Under the pieces are notes generated by a model. The model had not been told where the DNA came from and searched no databases. It worked only from the letters and a program-made list of their open reading frames with translations. This document shows, in pieces, positions 1 through 21,262 of a stretch of DNA of 64,000 nucleotides (its first letter is position 1; each line of letters begins with the position of its first letter). A program made the position numbers and the translations under genes. Location: contig NC_043008.1 of the NCBI RefSeq assembly GCF_006345805.1, positions 43,338,001 through 43,402,000 of the forward strand, given 5' to 3'. The DNA is from Octopus sinensis (Eukaryota).

Positions 1-476
1 GGCATTATTATTATTATTGTTATGCTCTGAGTTCTATTTTCATGTTTTCGGGGTCGATAAATTAAGTACTAGTTATGTACTGGGGTCAATGTGATCGATT
101 CCCCCCCCAAAAAAAATTTCGGGCCTTGTGCCTAGAGTAGAAAAGATTATTATTATACTCTGATTTCTATTTTCATATTTTGGGAGGTTGATAAATTAAG
201 TACCAGTTGCGTGCTGGGGTTGATGTAATTGGTTGGCCCCCTTCCCCAAAATTTCGGGTTTGTGCCTAGAGTAGAAAAGATTATTATTATTATTATTATT
301 TCGATTGCATTTTATAACTTCACATTTTTATGCTTTTCAAGCAGTTGCTGATTGCCCGAAACTCGATAAATCCTGAAACCAGTTTTTATACCTGTAATTT
401 ATACCTTAAAAAACATTGATTACCAAATAAATCTATAAACCAGCTTCATACTCTGTGCCTTTGAATATGTTTAGAC

Positions 477-971
477 CAGGGGTCACCAGACTATGGCCTG
501 TGAAGTCAGTTCATCCAGAATGCTGTCACACTGTATTTCTTGTGAGTACCTGCAATGAGAGTTCATTTGCCTCTGGTATGGCATCAGTGTTTGGAACATC
601 TTGTGTCTGTGAGTCAGCATTTAAAAAAATGAAGAATCTGAAGTCAGCCCATCGAACGGGGTTGACTGAGGAACATTTGAAAGCAATTCTCGGGGTTGGA
701 TGCAGCAATTCCAGAGCAAATATTGATGATATCTTAAAAGCTAAACACCAGTTTCACAAATCTCACCAACCTTTTTTGCTGCTTAGTTTGTGAGATTCGG
801 ATAAATTATTGCTAACGTCGCCTTCTTTGATAACTTTTTGGTAAATAAATATGCTGGTTGTCTTTATTTTTTCTGTATTCACTGTATTGTATTGAAGAAA
901 ACGGTTGTTCGGCCTGCAATCATCATTCTCTCTGTTATCTGGCCTATTGTGAAACAAGTTTGGTGACCCTG
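477..971 (+). mobile_element. Non-autonomous hAT (Charlie/SPIN-like) DNA transposon retaining the transposase C-terminus
   Basis: TIRs CAGGGGTCACCAGACT / AGTTTGGTGACCCTG; 8-bp TSD GTTTAGAC (469-476) / GTTTAGAT (972-979); internal frame VFGTSCVCESAFKKMKNLKSAHRTGLTEEHLKAIL resembles the hAT C-terminal dimerisation region. Confidence 0.85.
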
Positions 972-1702
972 GTTTAGATTAAGAGATCTCTCACTTGACA
1001 ACAGGAAGGGCATCTGGTTGTAAAAACAGTGTCTCAATACTATACTTGTCTAACCCATGCTAACGTAGAAAAATGGACATAAAATATATGAGTGAATGTA
1101 GGTGATGATGGCTATGTATTTAAAAAGTTTGCTCATGTAAGCTTGTGGTTTTGAGTTCAGATCTGTAGTAAATCCTTTCTGTTTCAGGCTAGGACTATAG
1201 AAAACCCTTGCTCACAGTGTAGGACATCATGGTCCAAGTTTTTCTATAATCCTGACCAAACCAATGAGTTGTGAATAAAATTTGTCAGATGGAAACTACA
1301 TATATTAGTCAATCACATTGTACAGTAAGATCCATGAAGGTAGCGTCCGAGAGGTATAAAATTCCGATGTTGATCCAGGTGGAGTGGTGGTGAAGTAGAG
1401 GAGACAAAGGTTGAAGAGAGGAGGAAGTTCAGTTAAATAGGATCAAATTGGGGTGACCACATGAGCCTATATTATATGGGGTTCGAAAATGTACAAAAGA
1501 AAAAGATGGGGTGGGGAGAACAACAAACAAGGTTCTATTAGTTTGGAAGAGCCTTGAGTGTTTTGAGCCTCGGGCTCAAAGCATTCAAGATTTCCTTTTT
1601 TTTCCTGAATATCAAACTAATACACCATGTTTATTGTTCTCCCCCACCCCATCTCTGTCTTTTGTAGTTTATACAGTTTTGAACCACACACACAGATATA
1701 TA

Positions 1703-1910
1703 TTATTGTATCTGGGGAGGGTCATTCTCTTTTAGGGCCTTATTAATTAACACACTCACTGGTTCAATTTCCGTTCATTTACTTATTTATTTTTTCTAAA
1801 ATTTTCATTGCATTTTAGTAAAAAATGAATATGTAAATGAGTAGAAATCGAACCTGTGAGTGTGTTAAGTAACAAGGCACTGAAAGAAAATGACTTTCCC
1901 CAGACAATAC
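1703..1910. mobile_element. Degenerate foldback MITE-like element (same family as 22395-22652)
   Basis: Inverted ends TCTGGGGAGGGTCATTCTCT...ACACACTCAC / GTGAGTGTGT...GAAAATGACTTTCCCCAGAC. Confidence 0.65.
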
Positions 1911-2369
1911 ACGAATTCACACAAATAATCTTGTAAACCAAATACAAAAACGAAATATATATATATAATGTGGGTGGGTCTTTATGTTCAGCAAGTGGCA
2001 TTAGTTTGCTTCCATCCCCATGGCATGGCCAAAAGTATCTGACAGAATAGGTACCAGGCTTTTAAACTTAATCAGCTAAACCATCACACCACCTTTACTC
2101 CCCACCATTTAGTCCCCCTGACTCATCCATCTTTCCACCTCTTGGTGGGGGCTTAAGTTGGGGCAGGGAGAGGGATGGAGATGAGGGGGGGAGCAGCAGG
2201 ATAGTGTAATGAGGATGCAGTTGACAAAGGGAAGATGAGAGATAGAGATGGATAGATAGAGTGATGATGTGTGGTTGGGCAGGTTGCAGGAGTGGGGAGG
2301 AGAGATAATATGGTGGTCTGGTGGGGGCAGATGATAAATGTAATGTGTGAGTGGAAAGAACAAAACTGG

Positions 2370-3120
2370 GGGAGAAGTGCTTAGCTAAAAGGAAGCCACT
2401 GTATTTAGCTTTCGGCTGTGTGTAGAATGCTTTTGACAGGGTCCCTTGCTCTGTAATCTGGGGCATCTCTAAGGAATTAATATCAAAGAATTGCTTGTGG
2501 AAGCCATAAAGCCATGTACAGAGATGTTGTCAGGTGAAGGATAACAGTGAACATAGTGATGAATCTAAGTGTTCAGATAGGAGTTCTCCGGGGCTCAGTT
2601 ATCAATCCCCTCCTATTCGTCATAGTTTTGTAGGCCATGACAGACGAGTTTAAGACTCGTTACTCCTGGGAACTCTTTTATGCTGATGACCTCATTATTA
2701 TAACTGAATCTGCAGCAGAATTTTAAGAAAGAAACTTGAGGTGTGGAAGCGAAGCCTGGAATGAAAGGATCTCTAAATAGGAAAACAGGCAAGTGTCTGC
2801 TTCCATCAAGGAAATAGCTTTGAAGAAGAAGGGGGCAGAAATTCTGAAAGATGTAAAGTGTATGCAATGCAAACTATACACATAGAAAAGGAACAGTTGT
2901 ATTCCAGGAAGATTAACAGAAAAAGTAGACTTTGTAAATGGCAGGTGCACAGGAGCAATAAACTCTAACAACACAGGTGAGATAAACTTTCTCAATTGCC
3001 CCCAAAGTGTCCTTAGATGTAGTCGGTAGTTCCTGTTACCTGGATGACCCAATTAGCAGGTGAGGAGGATGTTCTGAAAACATGGTTGCTGGAACAACAG
3101 CAGGCTGGAAATAGCTGTTG
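2370..3120 (+). mobile_element. RTE-clade LINE reverse-transcriptase fragment (decayed)
   Basis: Frames read KPLYLAF...NAFDRVP, GVLRGSVINPLLFVIVL*AMTDEFKTRYSWELFYADDLIII (YADD motif) and VVGSSCYLDDPIS, with stops and frameshifts. Confidence 0.85.
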
Positions 3121-3524
3121 TGAAGGAGATATTTTGTGAGGTACTTTATGCCAATCAGTCAGTGGGGGTGGCCCTTATGTGGATGTGGTCTAAGATGCCA
3201 GTGTGTGCAACAGCAGCAGCAGCATATTAATTTTGAAAGCTAAATTCTATTGTGGGTCTGACCTGAACTTTGTCAAATGTCCGTTATAATTATCACAGTT
3301 TCACAATGCTATTATGTTAAACTATCGTATGTCCAAATTTGACCAAATAGGTTTTTTCCAATATTTATTTTTGCTTGCAATAACCGATTCTTTTGGTCAA
3401 AGTATCGTATCTCCAGCTGTTTCAGATGCCAAGGTATCAAAAATTGTCAAAGTGTAGAACAACAGTTTTGCTTAGGAAATTGTGACTTACGATACTTTCG
3501 CATTATAGCAACGATATATATATA

Positions 3525-3867
3525 TATTTACTCAAAGGAATTCCAACTCTGTCTGTTTTTTATGTTTTATTTATATTCTTTATAATATTAATATAGAATA
3601 TATAGTAAGAAACAAATGAACATAAAGTGTTGATTGTCTTATTGAATAAATGAAATATTGGAAATAAAATATTAAATGTCTATTCTCATTGAACAAGTAT
3701 GCTTTCTTGCATTTAAGCATTCATCAGGTTTAGATTGTGACAGGAACGCTTCGACAGTCGAAGCGTTATTCTATATCCTGTATTAATATATTTTATATCC
3801 TATATTAATATTATAAGATTATCAATAAAACATAAAAAACAGAGTTGGAATTTCTTTGAATAATATA
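3525..3867. repeat. Foldback element with about 75-bp inverted arms and an internal palindrome
   Basis: CTCAAAGGAATTCCAACTCTG...TAATATTAATATAG inverted against CTATATTAATATTA...CAGAGTTGGAATTTCTTTGAAT; 11-bp palindrome AACGCTTCGAC-A-GTCGAAGCGTT at 3745-3767. Confidence 0.7.
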
Positions 3868-4324
3868 TTCTTCTATACACAATCATACACCTTTATATAC
3901 ATATATATATATATGGATATATACTTCAAAACGGTGTCATTTAGTGGAGCGACCCTATGATAATCGGATCTAATGAGAGAGCAGTTTATTAGACCCTATA
4001 AAGGGTTTAATGTTTTATTGACTGCGGTCGGTTCTACGTTCAGGGGACATAAGTGCAGTATGTTATTTGTTACTTGAGTGACTGAATTGTCTCCCTTAAA
4101 CATGACCGCGCATTCAATTTCTTCTATCTGTCTTTCATATTTCCCTTCCACAATAATCGTAACAACCCATTAATAAACCCTCAGAAAACTATTAGCACAT
4201 CCAGGAGGAAGCTTCAACATGGTCGCTCGATATGCTGGAAATAGGAGCTATGTGTTCCTTAATTCACACTCCACATTCTGTCATACAGAAAGAAGGACAC
4301 ATTCGACAGAGTAGTGATAGGTCT

Positions 4325-4700
4325 TTACTCTTTTACATGTTTTAGTCATTTTGACTGCGACCATGCTGGAGCACCGCCTTTAGTCGAGCAAATCGACCCC
4401 AGCACTTATTCTTTGTAAGCCTAGTACTTATTCTATCGGTCTCTTTTGCCGAACCGCTAAGTTACGGGGACGCAAACACACCAGCGGCGGTTGTCAAGCG
4501 ATGTTGGAGGGACGAACACAGACACACAAACATATATATACGACGGGCTTCTTTCAGTTTCCGTCTGCCAAATCTACTCACAAGGCTTTGTTTGGCCCAA
4601 GGCTATAGTAGAAGACAGTTGCCCCAGGTGCCACGCAGTGGGACTGAACCCGGAACCATGTCATTGGGAAGCAAGCTACATACCACACAGCCACTCCTGG
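4325..4700 (-). mobile_element. SINE family A (tRNA-like head, central (TG)n, AGTAAAAG-type tail), full copy
   Basis: Minus strand reads GGAGTGGCTGTGTGGTA...GGTTCCGGGTTCAGTCCCACTGCGTGGCACC...GCTCCAGCATGGTCGCAGTCAAAATGACT. Related copies at about 7935-8160 plus 8615-8765(-), 12260-12420(+), 16395-16670(-), 21790-22140(-), 23150-23290(-), 25670-26030(+), 27005-27470(+), 35560-35940(+), 36895-37270(-), 46780-46930(-), 48930-49310(+), 52180-52560(-), 60010-60410(-). Confidence 0.85.
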
Positions 4701-5099
4701 AACATCTTTGATCATAGATTTTCCACGACCAAGCTGACCTTGGGTTAATCAACGACATGTTGCTGTTTAGCCCCAGGCTAGGTCTGATCAACCACACCTT
4801 TGATCAAAGCTGATCTAACCACAAGCATTCTCTCTTTAGGGCTCTATCTTCAAATACTCATTACTTTTCAACTTCTCTTGTCACTACAGTTTTAATTGGC
4901 TGTTGTTTCTAGCACACAAAACGACCGCATGGAAGCTTTTCTTGCCACATCTCTTATAAAACATAATGTCCAATTCCGCTGGATCAGGTAAAAAGTATTA
5001 TAATCCCAGTTTGTCCGATTTAGACATACACAGTACAGTTCTTGTAAAACAGCTTCCTGAAAAGTTCTTGTTGGAATTCAAACCCCTCCAAGAATAATC

Positions 5100-5400
5100 T
5101 CATCATCATCATCATCGTTTAACGTCCGTTTTCCATGCTGGCATGGGTTGAACAATTTGACTGAGGACTGGCGAACCAGATGGCTGCACCAGGCTCCAGT
5201 CTTGATCTGGCAGTGTTTCTACAGCTGGATGCCCTTCCTAACGCCAACCACTCCGAGAGTGTAATGGGTGCTTTTACGTGCCACCGGCACGGGGCCAGTC
5301 AAGCGGTACAGGCAACGACCTCGCTTGAATCTTTTTACACATGCGACCGGCACAGGTGCCATTAAGGTGATGCTGGAGTCTTTTTTGTGCCACCAGCATG
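5100..5400 (-). mobile_element. SINE-like family C with RTE-type 3' end and (ATG)n tail
   Basis: Contains GGTTGGCGTTAGGAAGGGCATCCAGCTGTAGAAA and ends in (ATG)n on the minus strand; copies at about 7070-7260(-), 10100-10210(-), 13390-13670(+), 14090-14310(+). Confidence 0.75.
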
Positions 5401-5663
5401 GAGGCCAGATAGCCAATCTCAATAACCATTTTTACTTTTCTCTCTTCCTACTGTGGTCTGAACAAAATCTCTGATTTACATTAGATTCGGTTGCAGTGCT
5501 TTGAGTGAGTTGCTTAATCCAAAACTGGATGCCCTTGGGTGTCCTTAGCAGAGTTTACTCTTTTCGAAGCATTTCGACCAAACTCATTGTTCCTTTACGC
5601 AAATACAGAAGACATGGAACCAACACTTTCGGCTAATCTGCCATAGTTTATTTGTTATTTCAG

Positions 5664-15196
<9,533 letters not shown>

Positions 15197-15258
15197 AAAT
15201 GAGGAACCGGGTGGGGTGGGAGGATGGGAGTGGGGGGTGGATAACGAAGATATTTTTA

Positions 15259-15300
15259 ATTAAAACATTTGCTACAAACTATTGTTGTTGTTGTTGTTGC
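15259..15300 (+). terminator. Candidate PPIH polyadenylation signal
   Basis: ATTAAA at 15259-15264 followed about 18 nt later by a (TTG)n GU-rich downstream element at 15282-15300; an alternative AATAAA lies near 16070. Confidence 0.5.
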
Positions 15301-15689
15301 TTGTTACCTGTTTGTAGTTTTTGGTTTCTAACATGCTCTGACCATCAAGCCACGTTATATCCATCTCCTTTGGGTACACCTGAACTCTGTGTGTGTGTGT
15401 GTGTGTGATCTGATTAAGGTGCAGGTGTGGTTGCGTGGGTAAGAAGCTTGCTTCCCAATCGTGTGATCTTGGGTTCAATCTCACTGTATGGCACTTTTGG
15501 CATGTATCCCTTTACTATATTTCATTGTTTGTGGCATTGTGTTTATACCAGAAATGACTTAATTGCAGTGTATGGCATAGAACCGGTAGAGCAACGAACA
15601 ATATTTCTTGTGATAATACAGTTGCATCTCTTCCCATTTGGAATTCAAATTTCGCCCAAGTTTAGCTTTGCTTTCTGTCATTCTGGAGT

Positions 15690-15995
15690 GACCCCCTTCG
15701 GTCGTGAATGACCATGGGGTTGCACCCAGAACGTTACCCTCCAAGGCACAGGTCTAGGCAAGGTTGTTTATGGAAGACCAACAGTCGCGCATGCATACCA
15801 GCCTCCCCTCTTCACGCCACCGATGTCGTCCAAGGGAAAGGCAAAGGCTGAAACAACTTGGCACCAATAATGCCGAAACTCATTTCTACAGATAAGTGAA
15901 CTGGAGCAACGTGAAATAAAGTGTCTTGCTCAAGAACACAACATGCAGCCAGGTCCGGGGATCGAACTGACAACCTCACGGTCGTAGGTCCGACC
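15690..15995 (-). mobile_element. SINE-like family D copy (partner at about 51490-51810 on +)
   Basis: Reverse complement shares TTTATTTCACGTTGCTCCAG, CTTTCCCTTGGA and GCTGGTATGCATG with 51490-51810. Confidence 0.7.
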
Positions 15996-17026
15996 TATAC
16001 TTTAAAGGTGTATAAGAGTACATAATGATGTGTCGGTGATGTATGCAGGAGAAAAATATAAATATAGTCAATAAAGAGGAACTTATCGACGTCAGATATT
16101 TGGGGAAGCCCTGATTGACCCCTTAAGTAGCTATGACTTGAACGAAATATGAAAATGTATAAATGTGAAGTGCTGTGCAAGCGTTATTGGATCTGAGATT
16201 TTGGGTTGTGCAATCGCCATCGAGGCAACTTTCCGATGCCCAGTTGAGGAGGTGGAAGGTGCGGGCGCGAACCTGGGTGAAGTCAACCGCGAGTGCAGTA
16301 ACTTCATGTACAGGCAATGGTCAGCGATAGTCTTCCTCGATCGTGAGAGGACAGCCTTTATCTTTATCATATGTCTATTTGTGTAATTTATGTTTTGCTT
16401 CAATCATTAGACGGCTGCCATGCTGGGGCACCGCCTTTAAGAACTTTTAGTCGAACCAATCGACTTATGAACTTATTTTTTTTAAAGCTTGATGCTTGTT
16501 CTATCGGCCTCTTTTGCCGAACTGCTAAATTACGGGGACATAAACGCACCAAGACCGGTTGTCAAGCGGTGCTGTGCGGCACACAGATACATATGTATAT
16601 ATACGACGGGCTTCTTTCAGTTTCCATCTACCAAATACATCGACCAGGCTTTCGTCGACCTGAAGCAACAGTAGAATTGACTGGAAACTCAGAGCTGAGT
16701 GAACTTCAGAAATGATTAACCCATCCGTTCTACTCTCCCCAACATGTTGACTTTCTCACCAGACAATGTTGGCAACTATATAAAGTATATTTCATTGCAA
16801 TATATACACAGAAATCTATGCATCTCTATGTGTATATATATATATATATATCAATATATATATATATACATATACATGCACGTGTATGTATTTTATATAT
16901 ATATGTGTGTGTGTGTGTGTGTATATATATATGTATGTATGTAGAGTATATATATATATATTTTTATACATATGTGTATATATATATATGTATGTAGAGT
17001 ATATATATATATATATTTATACATAC

Positions 17027-17068
<42 letters not shown>

Positions 17069-17650
17069 ATGAACTTTTATAATCCCCGTTATCTACCGAT
17101 TTGTAAACATCAAATATTAATCCATGATCCGCTTTGACTTGTGTTCCCACACTGACAAACACAACGTATGAACATGAAGATACTCTATGACTCGCTAATC
17201 TTAGACGACTGTTGTGTCTACCACACAACTATACACGACACTCACCTAAGTTCATGTTCGGTGTCTTTCGCGACAATCTTTTATACCACGAGAACCCTTT
17301 TCTGTTTTTCAGGATATCAGCATATCTGAACATCGTTAGTTTAAGAATTTGCTCTTCAAATTTTGGTATTCTGTTGTTTAAAGAGAAAGATATTTATGTT
17401 TTCTCAATGACCTGGTGTGACATAGATAAGTTGAGAGATCCATGGCGGTTACCAGTGAGCGAGTGTTGTTCGGTAACATGTAGTAGGCTTTATTGATTGT
17501 CTGAGCTCTCTAGAAGCAGGTAGATATAGACACTCTCTCACCCCTCCTATTCTTAATACAGCATCGAGAATGTGATAGCTGGGGGCAGAGAGGGATGCAC
17601 TAGCATTGAGATGGTACTCGTATTTAATAATAATAATAATAATAATAATG

Positions 17651-18207
17651 ATGCCCTGATGCAGTACCAGGCAGTGGCTCTCATGGCTTCTGATCTTAAC
17701 TGATTGGAAGTGTTATCATGTACATTGTTTTGTCTTGGTATAAAAGATGGGCTACAGCAAATATTCTGCTCAATACCACAGATTTGCTTGTCAGTTGTTT
17801 GGCCTTAACCAGTTGAGCATGTCCCTTGGTGGCTGACGATATGTGAATCTCTGATCACGAGCAGAAGTAGTGGGGGAGCATCATAGCCATGTGTTGAGAA
17901 GGATTCAGTGAGGTTTGGATAATTCACCTCTGGAAACATGGGTGTTCCGTTCAACATCCTTAAACAACCCTTATTCAGGGACCTTTTGAGTGGGATGGGT
18001 TACTCGACCAGAAGAAAATTCTAACTGGGCCCCACCTGCAAGGTCATGTGCTGTTTATCTTGATATGAGATCACCATGTCGCACACATATGGTTGTGATG
18101 CATGTGTCTGGTGTACCCTTATCAGACGGGTAGTCATGATGGGTATATTGGGCTTCGTATATTTTACCTCTGTGTCACTTTGATGGCATGCACTGCTCTC
18201 TCACTCA
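17651..18207. repeat. About 555-bp mixed-sequence segment embedded between two (AAT)n arrays; probable interspersed repeat
   Basis: Sharp (TAA)n boundaries on both sides; no ORF recognised; no second copy in the window. Confidence 0.4.
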
Positions 18208-19375
18208 ATAATAATAATAATAATAATAATGATGCGGCCAGAATAATCAGGAAAGTATTAGGCAGCTGAAAAGGACGGACAGCGGGGTACTGTAGGCTGC
18301 AGGTAGCTGGCTTGCTACGTATACATGATTCCAGGAGCTAACAGAACCTGTGATAAAAAGAAATAATAATAATAATAATCCTTTTTGTTATAGGCACAAA
18401 CCTGAAATTTTGTGCGAAGGGTACAGTCGATTACATCGACCCCAGTGTTGCACTGGTACTTAATTTATCCACCCCGAAAGGTTGAAAGGAAAGTCAACTC
18501 GGCGGAACTTGAACGCAGAATGTAAAGACGAACGAAATGCTGCTAAGCATTTTGTCCGGCTTTTAATAATAGATTTAAATTTGAGTGGAGGGGTCTTCTT
18601 GATTGTAGAACGAAAAAGGCAAAGTTAATACTTGTGGGATTTGAACTTGGAACCTAAAGGAACCCATGTAAATACTGATATTTTGTCCGACTCTCTACCG
18701 CTTCGGTCTCTCGCTTTATATAATGGCGTAGTCTCAACGGTAGCAGCGTTTGACGAATGCTTCTCTGTAAAATTGCTATCATTTGGATTTCAGAAATATG
18801 GATCTCCGGAGAATATAGTAATTTTTACAAAAATCACACGCAATCAACAAATGACACAGAACCGCTGTTGCAAAGCAAACAACTAATTTGTGATAAGGGA
18901 ACGTAATTTTGTGTCCCACTCTTTCCATTTAATATGAATTGTGAAATTATTTATAAGCCTAATGTCCTCTAGAGTCCCTGAAGTAGAAAATGGCTCCTCG
19001 AGTAGATTAACTTCTTTGTGTGAAGAGAAAGACGAACTAATCAAAATAATTTCGAAGTGAGAAATTGGTGAGAATAGTTCCATTTTAATGGGGGAAAGGA
19101 ATAATTTATGTGAGCCGCTCGTCACTGTTTAAGATATAAATAAGGCAAATAAGAAAATCCTGGAATTCTGAGACTTACAATACAATTGCTGAAACAAAAA
19201 TCATTACATTGGTCAGAATTTGAAAATCTTCATAAAATGTTTTTTTTTTCTTTTTCTTACCTCTTTTTGTTTCTTATTAAAACAATCAGAAGGAATGGTA
19301 ATTCGCGGATCGGTTCTTATTGCCAAAGTAAGTGTTTTAAGGAACAAATGAATATTTAAACGGAGCGAACCTCAA

Positions 19376-20720
19376 GTGGTGGATGTCATAGAAATTTTAA
19401 GACTAGTCATAGTATTAAGATTAGTCATAGTATTAAGACTACTCATAGTATTAGAGATTGGTGGAGAAAGTCAGTCTGCTGAGAGACAAGCAGCAACGAA
19501 ATCTAGGACAATATTTGATAGCATTGTTACGGACAAGGATCTCGCAACCGATGAAATTTTAGAATTTCTGATAAAGTCGCGGTTTACTGAAGTCTTTCCA
19601 CACTAAAGGTTTGGCAAGAAACCAAAAAGGAAATTCCACAAGATTTAAGCTTAGTAAGAAAAGATGAATCATTCTTGCATATCTTAATACTATTGACCAA
19701 CATATAATCAAGCTTTGGTGATTAGTAAATTGAAATGTCGGCGAGTTTTAACGGAATTGTGCACCTGACAGTGAGTCTCGAAACAATTCTTGGATGAACA
19801 AAGAAACATAATTCCCGACTGGTTTGTTCGTCATTCGGTTTCATTAATTTATCAGATCTTAAGGAAATGCGGGGAGGGGGGAGGCCGTAAATCCCAAATC
19901 TCTCTTATTGCTCGATTATCTCGAGATGGGTCACATGAAAATTAGGGAGAAATGATCTTAGTTCGTTGATTCAACTTATCAACCAAGGGACCCTCAGGAG
20001 CAGTAAAAAGGATTTTATGATGAATTTGGCTCATTAGAATATCAACCATATTGAATTTGAAGATAGCTTACAATTAAAGGGGCAATGTTTTCACTCGTGA
20101 TTGCACAGGAAGCAGTCAAGCCTGAAATACTTTTAAGGGGGTGACGAAAGTTCTGGCCAAACGCGAAATATGTAGAACAGAGTAACTAAGAGAAATATTA
20201 AGAAAGGTTGTATTTATAGCAGTAGCCGAGGACATGTGAAGTGGAAGAGCCGAAAGGGGTGCTGAGCCATTTTTGAAACAATGCTGCTGACAGAGAAGAA
20301 GAAATAAGCACGGAAGATAATATTGAAGTGGCAACCGATTTCGCCGATCAAGAAATGACTCAAAACATTCGTTCTGATAAAATAGAAGAGAATTATTGAG
20401 AGAAAAAAATGGTGAAGATGATAAAATGTAGAAAATGTAGAAAAACTTCATTAACACGGCTTTAAAACTTGTCATAGAACCATAAGTGGAAGCCTTGAAG
20501 GCGTCATTCACGGTGGAGAATAATGATGTTTTCTCAAAGACATTAGCAAATTGTAAAGAAGGCGATATACGAAAATTATTGTCAGGAAACAACGGAAGTG
20601 TCAAGCAGTGCACCAGATGCGGTCGAAACTGCATGTTCTATCGACAAATGCAGCAGAAGATGTGGAAACAAACAGTTACCTCTTTGCTTGCTGGTTCCTA
20701 TCTTGTTTGCTTAAACTAAA
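19376..20720 (+). pseudogene. Decayed coding-like region of unidentified family
   Basis: Successive protein-like frames broken by stops and frameshifts: SRTIFDSIVTDKDLATDEILEFLIKSRFTEVF / TLKVWQETKKEIPQDLSLVRKDESFLHILILL / LIQLINQGTLRSSKKDFMMNL / NAADREEEISTEDNIEVATDFADQEM / VEALKASFTVENNDVFSKTLANCKEGDIRKLL. Confidence 0.35.
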
Positions 20721-21050
20721 AATAAACAATCAATTCACACAAAATAACTTCTACTTCAATTTATTTACCGTATTTTTCTTTGAAGCTCGACATTTCTAAA
20801 CATCACTTGAAGCATTTTGTGTTACCTGCCACTTAGTTTTCTTTTTCTAGTGAAAAATGTTTACATTGTTCGTTTAGAGTTCATTTTATTTGTTATTTAA
20901 ACCTGCTCGGTTTAAGAAAAGAAGCATCTTCTCTATCGGCTCCTGAATAAACCATCAACATTTGCCTTTACATCTCGTCATTATTTCTCTTTGAATCTGA
21001 ATTTTAAAATCCAAATTTTAAATACAGATGAAACCCAAAATTTGGTTCCA

Positions 21051-21089
<39 letters not shown>

Positions 21090-21262
21090 CAAATGGAGGA
21101 GAACAATAGTTGGTTCATCAACTTTAAAGACATTAAAACTGTTAACTTATTTATTTATTAAACTGACAATTATAATAACAGACATACATATAGCATACTA
21201 TTCTATGCATATAAGATAAGGATACAAGTAATTATTAAAAAATATGAATATAAATTAGTAAA

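Noticed and set aside
1300-1500. Possible Penelope RT fragment on the minus strand (TFMDLTV)
   Set aside because: Only one short motif; too weak to call
3329-3433. ATG-initiated 35-codon frame ending AAG|GTATCA in phase 0, splice-compatible with the PPIH exon at 5664
   Set aside because: The peptide MSKFDQIGFFQYLFLLAITDSFGQSIVSPAVSDAK has no similarity to the conserved cyclophilin first strand and the donor is mediocre; probably chance
20116-20634. 172-aa minus-strand ORF
   Set aside because: Composition looks like the antisense shadow of the acidic + strand relic; no motif or splice context
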